From Oscillospiraceae bacterium (GTDB lineage Bacteria; Bacillota; Clostridia; Oscillospirales; CAG-272), in the NCBI GenBank assembly GCA_015064845.1, contig SVRL01000006.1, positions 6,865-70,864 of the forward strand: 64,000 nucleotides of DNA, given 5' to 3'. A program made the translations under genes and the position numbers. The notes beneath the pieces are model-generated. The model made no database searches. It saw only the letters and a program-made list of their open reading frames with translations, and was not told the origin of the DNA. Positions 56,835-64,000 of this stretch are shown piece after piece (within the stretch, counting starts at the first letter, position 1; each line of letters begins with the position of its first letter).

Positions 56835-57560
56835 TTAACCATATTGTATCATGGAGTCTATTAGCATGAGCGCTTCTTCCACGGATGTGCTGTTTGGAAC
56901 GGTCAATAAAAACTCAGATTTTCCGTCGTTCCAAAAAAAGGTTTTTATTCCGTTTTTTTCACTGAAAGCAATTTTCTTATCATTCCGTTCTATGATGGTA
57001 TAGTCCAATACAGAGGAAGAATTTTCCAATGCGCCATGCAAAGAATCTTCCGTATCAAATATGGAAGTTCCCGAAAAAATGCTTTGCGATAAAATAATTC
57101 GTTCTCCGTTTGTATTTCTCCAAAGCATATCCGTTTTGATATCAGTAATAATAAATTCTTCCACAACATATCCATTCGGAATCATTCCGAGCGTATATAC
57201 CGTTTCTAATTTGTCCCGTGTTGAATCCGCACCGTTTTTTCCGAGAATAACCTCTGCAAATTTTGCGAAGTTATCAGCCAAAAACATACATGTTGATTCA
57301 CGCACGGATGGCACCGCCATGAAACAACCCAACACAATAAATGCTGCCACCGCAATTCCCGCAATACGCTTACCCACGGTATTAAAATATCTTTGAAATG
57401 GATTTTTTGAGCGTTTGATCAGACGATTCATATACCTCTCATAATCATCACCTAAATCAAGTTCTCCTTCATAACGGGGATATTGATCACAATAGGCAGA
57501 GCAGCATCCGCGCAATGCTTCTTCCAAAACTTCACGCCCTGTCATTTTCTTTTCTGACAT
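56835..57560 (-). CDS. Putative anti-sigma factor (DUF4367-like extracytoplasmic domain)
   Basis: Single TM; YTLGMIPNGY and WRN..GERIIL.Q pattern; overlaps the sigma gene. Confidence 0.7.
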   Translation of the reverse strand: MSEKKMTGREVLEEALRGCCSAYCDQYPRYEGELDLGDDYERYMNRLIKRSKNPFQRYFNTVGKRIAGIAVAAFIVLGCFMAVPSVRESTCMFLADNFAKFAEVILGKNGADSTRDKLETVYTLGMIPNGYVVEEFIITDIKTDMLWRNTNGERIILSQSIFSGTSIFDTEDSLHGALENSSSVLDYTIIERNDKKIAFSEKNGIKTFFWNDGKSEFLLTVPNSTSVEEALMLIDSMIQYG

Positions 57561-58101
57561 ATACACCCCTCCTTGTCAGCAATTTCATTAAGCGCACTCT
57601 CCCGTGATTCCATCTGGATTCCGCAACAACTTCCGAAATACCAAACAGCTCGGCAATTTCTTTTATGGAATGATGATATAAATAATACATGATAATAACA
57701 TCCTTTTGCGCATCACTCAGCATATCAACACATTCCATTACCCTTGAAATTCCTTCATCCTCACATATCGAAAATAAATCTTCATCATCAATCAACTCTT
57801 CAGATTGACAATGATTGAACAACGCTTTTTCCTTTCGCCTCTTCCGAAAAACCGATATGCTTTGATTTCTTGCAATACTCATAATATACGCCTTTACAGT
57901 CCCCTCATCCTTATCACAAAACAATTCCATACTTTTCAGTACACGCAGCCATGTTTCTTGCATAACGTCCTTGACATCTTCATCATTTCTCAAAATACGA
58001 TACGTGCGCTTAAGAATATCATCGTGATATTTCAAATAAATTTGCTCAAAAGTCCGCTTTTCCGTTTCTGTATCAAGCATGAATAAATAAAACGCTAACA
58101 A
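57532..58101 (-). CDS. ECF RNA polymerase sigma factor
   Basis: DVMQETWLRV (region 2), LSDAQKDVIIMYY...SIKEIAELFG (region 4); TTG start after AAAGGAGG. Confidence 0.9.
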   Translation of the reverse strand: MLAFYLFMLDTETEKRTFEQIYLKYHDDILKRTYRILRNDEDVKDVMQETWLRVLKSMELFCDKDEGTVKAYIMSIARNQSISVFRKRRKEKALFNHCQSEELIDDEDLFSICEDEGISRVMECVDMLSDAQKDVIIMYYLYHHSIKEIAELFGISEVVAESRWNHGRVRLMKLLTRRGVYVRKENDRA

Positions 58102-58131
58102 GCCATCTCCTCCTTTCATCGCATTGTCGGA

Positions 58132-58178
58132 ATACGATGTTATAACAATGATTATAACATCGTATCAAATCCGAGTCA
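58132..58178 (-). promoter_or_regulatory. TTGACT-17-TATAAT promoter overlapped by a perfect 14-bp inverted repeat
   Basis: ATACGATGTTATAA-N6-TTATAACATCGTAT at 58132-58165. Confidence 0.75.
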
Positions 58179-58284
58179 AATATATAAGCCCAACGAAAGT
58201 TGTTCTTTGCTTATATAGACGAATCAGCCCCCCTCAACCCACCGCATTTTATTTTTTGTTCACAAATTGTTAACAATTCAAGCT

Positions 58285-59262
58285 CTAATTTCCAATTCTG
58301 CTTGCCAAATCTCCTTTTTTTACCAAAGAGTAGGAAATCAATTTTTCTCCGTTCAGGTTTTCCCTGTGCATATCGATGCCGATAATCGAAGAATTTTCAT
58401 AAGTTCTGTAATAATAGATTCCCCGCTCCGTATTACAACAAGAAGAATACGCCGTAAATTCAAAATCACCCTTCAAATGAACACAGCCCTTTTGTTGTGC
58501 CGCAATATCGAGAATATGAAAAAAACGATGCACGTTTTCCGTTTCATCCAAGCCTTTCAAGGTGTGAAATTTCGTAAAGACCGTCCGTACGAAACGGGAA
58601 GAAGAAGAAAGATCGCCGGGAAGACCGAGCGCCCCCATGCCTCTGCTGTAATCGCAAAACGGAATTTTTGAAGAAAATCGGTTTTCAATCGGCTCGGAAG
58701 AAAGTCCCATAAAAAGATTCAGATATTGCATTTGAAAATCAAAGGAAGGCGCGTTTGTCAATACCCCGACAGGATTTTCAAAAATCCTCAAACCATCCTT
58801 CATCGGTTCTGCCGTGAATGATTTTTCGGCATCGGAAATCAAAAAATGCAACGGCGTCAACGGAAGCTCCTTGCTGAACGGAACACGGACGATATCGGTA
58901 TTTTCCAGCAATCTTTTTGCCTGTTCTGCCGTTCCACAATCGGAAAGAATGAAAGGAATCCATTCCCATGGCGTAACGGGAAAAAAATCTTTCCGAGGTT
59001 CCCGATAATATGCTTCCTTCGGAAAGCTGAGTGCCGCAACGGAAAGGCCTTTTTCATTCACTGCATCGTAATAAAGCGGATATCCTTCGGCAATATGCGC
59101 CATTCCGATCATCGCATAATGAGAGCGAAAAATTTTACCCCCGTAAAAACAAAAAGGAAAGTTTCTCGGCGTAATGGTTACACACTCGTCAAAAAAATTT
59201 TCCACGTCCAGATTTCGTCCGAAATAATGAAAATCTGCCCGGTAAGAAATTGCCGTACACAT
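58285..59262 (-). CDS. bsh: Choloylglycine hydrolase (bile salt hydrolase / penicillin V acylase family)
   Basis: N-terminal M-C-T nucleophile, FGRNLD, DAVNEKGL, VLTNAP, PGD.SS.SRF. Confidence 0.85.
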   Translation of the reverse strand: MCTAISYRADFHYFGRNLDVENFFDECVTITPRNFPFCFYGGKIFRSHYAMIGMAHIAEGYPLYYDAVNEKGLSVAALSFPKEAYYREPRKDFFPVTPWEWIPFILSDCGTAEQAKRLLENTDIVRVPFSKELPLTPLHFLISDAEKSFTAEPMKDGLRIFENPVGVLTNAPSFDFQMQYLNLFMGLSSEPIENRFSSKIPFCDYSRGMGALGLPGDLSSSSRFVRTVFTKFHTLKGLDETENVHRFFHILDIAAQQKGCVHLKGDFEFTAYSSCCNTERGIYYYRTYENSSIIGIDMHRENLNGEKLISYSLVKKGDLASRIGN

Positions 59263-59458
59263 AAAAAATCCTCTTTTCTTTACAAATATGTACCAAGTTT
59301 GAGAGAATGCAAAGGATTTTATACAAAAAAATTCTTTTTTTCATTCAAAAAAACACAAAAATAAAAAAATGCTGTTGCGTTCTTTACAGTTTTGATGTAT
59401 AATAAAATGTGAATAATTATATACTACTTGCTTTTACAGCAAAAGGAGTTATCTAAAA

Positions 59459-61198
59459 ATGGAAACAATAAAATATCATATTGCGCAAGCGATTTCCGAA
59501 GCAAGCGCCAAGATCTGGGGAGAGGCTCTTGCCATCTCTGCAGAAAGCATTCCCGATTCTCTTGAGTATCCGCCCGATACTTCCATGGGCGATCTTGCTT
59601 TCCCGTGCTTCAAACTCAGCCGTACGCTTCGCGCCGCTCCTCCCGTGATTGCAAATAAACTTTTTGCAGAGCTTTCCGCAAAACGCCCCGAAGGCATCGG
59701 AGAAGTTCGTATCAAAGGCGGTTATCTGAATTTTGTCATTGACAACCGCTATCTTTCCGGAAAAATCGTCCGTGAAATCATCGAAAAAGGTGCAAACTTC
59801 GGCGCGCACACATTCGGTAACGGAAAAACCGTTGTTCTGGACTATTCTTCCCCCAACGTGGCAAAGCCCTTCCACATCGGACATCTCGGAACGACCGTTA
59901 TCGGTCACTCTTTGAAATTGCTCCACGAATATGCGGGATATACCTGCATTGGGATCAACCACCTCGGCGACTGGGGCACGCAGTTCGGTAAACTGATCGT
60001 TGCTTTCCACAAATGGGGCAACAAAGAAACCGTTGAACAGGGCGGTGTTGATGCACTCGTTGCACTTTACGTCCGCATCAACAATGAGATAGAAGCGGAA
60101 GCCGCTCAGGGCATCACAACCCTTGCAGATGCCGCACGCGCCGAATTTACCAAGCTGGAACACGGCGACGAAGAAAATATCGCTCTTTGGAAATGGTTCA
60201 AGGAAATCAGCCTTGCCGAATACGAAAAAACTTATAAACAGCTCGGAATTACCTTTGACAGTTATAACGGCGAAGCTTTCTATACGGACAAGATGCCCGA
60301 ACAGGTACAGGTTCTGAAAGATAAAAATCTGATGCGCATCGATAACGGCGCCTCCATCGTCGATCTTTCCGATTATAATATGCCTCCCTGTCTGATTCTG
60401 AAATCCGACGGCTCCACCCTGTATCCCACCCGTGATATTGCAGCCGCTGTTTACAGAGACCGCAACTATCATTTTGACAAATGTATTTACGTAACATCTG
60501 CAGGTCAATCTCTCCACTTTGCGCAATGGTTCAAGGTTGTTGACCTCATGGGCTATGATTTTGCGGACAAGCTTTACCACGTTCCTTACGGTACCGTAAG
60601 CATCGCCGGCGCAAAGCTTGCCACCAGAACGGGTAACGTTATTCTGCTCCGCGATCTGATCGCAAACGCAGTTGATAAATGCCGCGCCATCATCGAAGAA
60701 AAGAATCCTTCCCTTGAAAACAAAGAAGAAACCGCTCAGGCTGTCGGCATCGGCGCGATCCTCTTCTATTATCTCTACGGAAACCGTGTCAGAGATATCA
60801 ACTTCATCATGGATGATGCGCTGGACTTCAATGGCAATACCGGTCCTTACGCGCAATATACTTACGCAAGAACCAGCGGTATTCTCGCAAAAGCCGGAAA
60901 TTTTGCCGATATGACCTCCGTAAACGAAATGACGGCAACCGAACGTGAATTGATTAAAACACTTTCCCTCTTCCCGAATAAAACGAAAGCGGCAATTGAT
61001 GAAATGGAACCCTCCGTCATTACCCGTTACGCAATCGATATTTGTAACGCATTCAACCGTTTTTATCAGGAATGCCCCATCATCTCCTGCGAAAATGAAG
61101 AAATTCGCGATTTCCGTCTGACACTGACCAAATGCGTACGAGATATCCTCGGCCGCGCTTTGGAACTTATTTGCGTAAAACACCCCGATAAAATTTAG
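59459..61198 (+). CDS. argS: Arginine--tRNA ligase
   Basis: SSPNVAKPFHIGHL, GDWGTQFG, GNTGPYAQY. Confidence 0.97.
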   Translation: METIKYHIAQAISEASAKIWGEALAISAESIPDSLEYPPDTSMGDLAFPCFKLSRTLRAAPPVIANKLFAELSAKRPEGIGEVRIKGGYLNFVIDNRYLSGKIVREIIEKGANFGAHTFGNGKTVVLDYSSPNVAKPFHIGHLGTTVIGHSLKLLHEYAGYTCIGINHLGDWGTQFGKLIVAFHKWGNKETVEQGGVDALVALYVRINNEIEAEAAQGITTLADAARAEFTKLEHGDEENIALWKWFKEISLAEYEKTYKQLGITFDSYNGEAFYTDKMPEQVQVLKDKNLMRIDNGASIVDLSDYNMPPCLILKSDGSTLYPTRDIAAAVYRDRNYHFDKCIYVTSAGQSLHFAQWFKVVDLMGYDFADKLYHVPYGTVSIAGAKLATRTGNVILLRDLIANAVDKCRAIIEEKNPSLENKEETAQAVGIGAILFYYLYGNRVRDINFIMDDALDFNGNTGPYAQYTYARTSGILAKAGNFADMTSVNEMTATERELIKTLSLFPNKTKAAIDEMEPSVITRYAIDICNAFNRFYQECPIISCENEEIRDFRLTLTKCVRDILGRALELICVKHPDKI

Positions 61199-61259
61199 GC
61201 ACTCCATTTTACTCGCATATCATATACTATATTTCAGATAAAAGAAAGGAATTTTTACC

Positions 61260-62000
61260 ATGTCAGGACATAGCAAATGGAAAAATATTATGCATAAGAA
61301 AGAGAAAACCGACGCACAAAAAGCAAAGGTTTTCACAAAAATCGGTAAGGAAATTGCCATCGCCGTAAAAGAAGGCGGTTCCGATCCCGGTTCCAACGCA
61401 AAGCTTCGCGATCTTATCCAGAAAGCAAAATCCAATAACGTTCCCAACGATAACATCGACCGTATCATCAAAAAGGCTTCCGGCGCGGATGCCGTTGCTT
61501 ACGAAGAAATCACATATGAAGGTTACGGTCCTTGCGGCGTTGCCGTTATTGTAGAAGCAGCTACCGATAACCGTAACCGCACCGCAGGCGATGTTCGTCA
61601 CTACTTCGATAAATTCGGCGGCAACCTCGGACAGGTCGGATGCGTAAGCTTCCTCTTTGAAAAGAAAGGCGTTATCGCTATTTCCGCTCTTGATGAATGG
61701 GGCGATCGTGTCGTTGACGGCGATAAGCTCATGGAAGAAGCTTTGGAAGCAGGCGCTGCCGACTTTGCCGAAGAAGGCGACGTTTATGAAATTTATTGTG
61801 AACCCGACGATCTTTCCGCAGTTGCAGAAACGCTTTCCGAACTCGGATATTCCTTCATTTCTTCCGAAATCGAACAGGTTCCTTCCACTTACGTTACCCT
61901 CGAAGGCGAAGACGATATCAAGCATATGTCTCTTTTGATTGAAAACTTGGAAGAAAACGAAGATATCGTTAACGTTTGGCACAACTGGGAAGAAGCTTAA
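61260..62000 (+). CDS. yebC: YebC/PmpR family protein
   Basis: MSGHSKWKNI, YEGYGPCGVA, TDNRNRT. Confidence 0.96.
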   Translation: MSGHSKWKNIMHKKEKTDAQKAKVFTKIGKEIAIAVKEGGSDPGSNAKLRDLIQKAKSNNVPNDNIDRIIKKASGADAVAYEEITYEGYGPCGVAVIVEAATDNRNRTAGDVRHYFDKFGGNLGQVGCVSFLFEKKGVIAISALDEWGDRVVDGDKLMEEALEAGAADFAEEGDVYEIYCEPDDLSAVAETLSELGYSFISSEIEQVPSTYVTLEGEDDIKHMSLLIENLEENEDIVNVWHNWEEA

Positions 62001-62048
62001 TCTCCCAAAATTTCCTTTGAAAAATTTTTTCCGAAAGGTGTTTTTATT

Positions 62049-63479
62049 ATGATTCACAATCCGAATTATTCCCTTGCATTTTGCAGCATGTTCCGTGAAT
62101 ACGACATTCGCGGAAGAGTTTCCGAAGACGAACTCAATCCCGAGAACGTCCACAAGATCGTAAAAGCATACGCGCAGTATCTCCAGAAGAGAAACATCAA
62201 CAGAGCCGTTGTCGGTTACGACAGCCGCGATTGCTCTCCCTCTTTTGCAGAAGCTGCAATCGCTGCTCTTCGCGAAGAAGGTATTGACGTTTACTTCATC
62301 GGTCTTGCGCTCTCCCCTCTTACCTACTTTGCGCAGTATCATCTCAAGTGCGAAGGCGCCGTTATGATTACGGCAAGCCATAACCCCAACGGTTGGTCCG
62401 GCTTCAAATTTGCAAACGGCTATTCCAAAACACTGGAACCTCATGACATCATTGAAGTTGCTGAACTTTTGGATAGACCCACGCAGAGCAAACGCTTCGG
62501 CGCTTACGAAGAAGTTGACGTTCGTGATGCGTATATCGAAGATATCGTTTCCCGTATTCACATGGGTCCCAAGAAAATCCGCGTTGCGCTCGATGCTGCC
62601 AACGGCGGCGCAGGTCTTTTCATTTATGAAGTATTCCAGCGCCTCGGTTGCATGACTTTCCAGCTCAACTGCGACCCTGATACCACATTCCCCCACTACT
62701 TCCCCAACCCCTCCGAATTGGAATGCAGAGAACGTCTGCGCCATATGCTCCGCCATCCTTATGTTCATGCGGATATCGGTCTTTCCTTTGACGGTGACGG
62801 CGACCGCATCGGCGTTATCGATGAAAAAGGTCAAGACGTATGGAGTGATATCGTTCTTGCACTTCTCGCAAAACAGCTTCTCGAAAAGAAGCCCGGCGCA
62901 AAGGTTATTTACGACGTAAAATGCTCCAAAGCACTTGAAGACGTTGTTAATGCAAACGGCGGTACACCCGTTATGTGGAAAACAGGTCACTCTTATATCA
63001 AATCCAAACTTCATGAACTCGATGCAGAACTCGCAGGCGAACGCAGCGGTCACATTTTCGTTTCCGGTGATGACTGGTACGGCTTTGACGATGCTATCTT
63101 CGTTGCGGCAAAACTCGTTGAGTATCTTTCCAACAGAGAAGAAACCGTTTCCGAAATCATCGAAACATTCCCTCACTACGTTGTTTCTCCTGAAATCAAG
63201 GCACACTGCGCAGACACCGTAAAATATGGTATTGTTGATGACATTACCAAGAAAATGAAAAATGATTTCCCGGGTAAGGTTTGCGATATCAACGGCGCGA
63301 GAGTACAGTTTGAAAACGGCTGGGGTCTTGTCAGAGCATCTTCCAACATGCCCGAACTCGTTTTGATTTTCGAAGCAGACACCATGGAACATCTCCTTGA
63401 AATCCGCTCGATCTTCAAGAGCTACACCCGAGAATACGAAGAAATTTCCGATAACTGGAAGAATGACGTAGAAGCTTAA
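62049..63479 (+). CDS. Phosphomannomutase/phosphoglucomutase
   Basis: FREYDIRG, ITASHNP, FDGDGDR, GERSGH, RASSN.P. Confidence 0.93.
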   Translation: MIHNPNYSLAFCSMFREYDIRGRVSEDELNPENVHKIVKAYAQYLQKRNINRAVVGYDSRDCSPSFAEAAIAALREEGIDVYFIGLALSPLTYFAQYHLKCEGAVMITASHNPNGWSGFKFANGYSKTLEPHDIIEVAELLDRPTQSKRFGAYEEVDVRDAYIEDIVSRIHMGPKKIRVALDAANGGAGLFIYEVFQRLGCMTFQLNCDPDTTFPHYFPNPSELECRERLRHMLRHPYVHADIGLSFDGDGDRIGVIDEKGQDVWSDIVLALLAKQLLEKKPGAKVIYDVKCSKALEDVVNANGGTPVMWKTGHSYIKSKLHELDAELAGERSGHIFVSGDDWYGFDDAIFVAAKLVEYLSNREETVSEIIETFPHYVVSPEIKAHCADTVKYGIVDDITKKMKNDFPGKVCDINGARVQFENGWGLVRASSNMPELVLIFEADTMEHLLEIRSIFKSYTREYEEISDNWKNDVEA

Positions 63480-63519
63480 TGTCGAAAAAGCGCACATACG
63501 ATTAAAGCAACCCAAAGCA

Positions 63520-63560
63520 AGAGAGTTGAGGGGTAAACTTCCCTTCAGCCCTCTTTTTTT
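63520..63560 (+). terminator. Intrinsic terminator
   Basis: GAGAGTTGAGGGG...CCCTTCAGCCCTC plus TTTTTTT. Confidence 0.75.
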
Positions 63561-63679
63561 GGTTTTGTATCTTTTTAAATCAAAATCCAACGATTTTTTC
63601 CCGATTGGCGACTCTTTTTTCGCGCAAAAACAGTCCAAAAAATTTCTCCAAAAAAATCAAAAAAATTTCAAAAAAGGTA

Positions 63680-63708
63680 TTGACAAATCAAATTGTTTGT
63701 GGTATACT
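63680..63708 (+). promoter_or_regulatory. Stable-RNA promoter
   Basis: TTGACA-17-TATACT with an A-rich UP element. Confidence 0.85.
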
Positions 63709-63751
63709 CTATATCGTTCGAGAGCGAAAGTAACGAGCGAACAAACAAAAT

Positions 63752-63827
63752 GGGAGCATAGCTCAGCTGGGAGAGCATCTGCCTTACAAGCAGAGGGTCA
63801 TAGGTTCGAGCCCTATTGTTCCCACCA
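63752..63827 (+). tRNA. tRNA-Val(TAC)
   Basis: Cloverleaf, anticodon loop CTTACAA, encoded CCA. Confidence 0.97.
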
Positions 63828-63831
63828 TTTT

Positions 63832-63908
63832 GGCCCGGTAGTTCAGTTGGTTAGAACGCTAGCCTGTCACGCTAGAGGTCGTGGGTTCGAGTCCCATCCG
63901 GGTCGCCA
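63832..63908 (+). tRNA. tRNA-Asp(GTC)
   Basis: Cloverleaf, anticodon loop CTGTCAC, encoded CCA. Confidence 0.97.
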
Positions 63909-63927
63909 TCTTGTTTATACAAGATTT

Positions 63928-64000
63928 GCCTCTGTAGCTCAGTTGGTAGAGCAGGGGACTGAAAATCCCCGTGTCGTTGGTTCGATTCCGATCGGAGGCA
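63928..64000 (+). tRNA. tRNA-Phe(GAA), ends at the window edge
   Basis: Cloverleaf, anticodon loop CTGAAAA. Confidence 0.95.

Noticed and set aside
59263-59458. T-box leader for argS
   Set aside because: Leader too short; no T-box consensus or terminator.
59453-63638. Long minus-strand ORFs (584 aa and 791 aa)
   Set aside because: Antisense shadows of argS, yebC and the phosphohexomutase; no motifs or RBS.
63752-64000. tRNA cluster as an island integration site
   Set aside because: No integrase or duplicated tRNA 3' end within the window.

Overview
64 kb of chromosome from a spore-forming, probably gut-dwelling Clostridia-class Firmicute (inferred from spoIVB, remA, a bile salt hydrolase and B12/glycan uptake genes). 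Bases 1-13371 are the right arm of an AT-rich conjugative or mobilisable element. It carries a MOBP relaxase (runs off the window), mobC, an oriT-like region and DUF6061. It appears to end at a 20-bp palindromic att-like site that truncates an XRE-HTH gene. Its cargo holds the two most novel modules. (i) A STAND(NB-ARC)-TPR protein and a cytoplasmic LRR protein are transcribed divergently from a RelE-like gene and a secreted ChW-M23 wall hydrolase; the latter two sit behind duplicated ~84-bp promoters. (ii) Two unannotated 26-28 aa hydrophobic peptides, overlapped by a structured antisense RNA, lead an ABC-2 exporter operon. The backbone has tandem XRE regulators, a cobalamin-riboswitch ECF/transcobalamin-like operon, glycan hydrolases, a 19-repeat BspA lipoprotein, pfkA and spoIVB. 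It also has the yicC-remA-gmk-rpoZ-priA-def-fmt-rsmB-rlmN-stp-pknB-rsgA cluster, an ECF sigma cassette, bsh, argS, yebC, a phosphohexomutase and three tRNAs. A ~95-bp structured element is dispersed in four gene leaders. All family calls come from motif recognition by eye; no searches were run.
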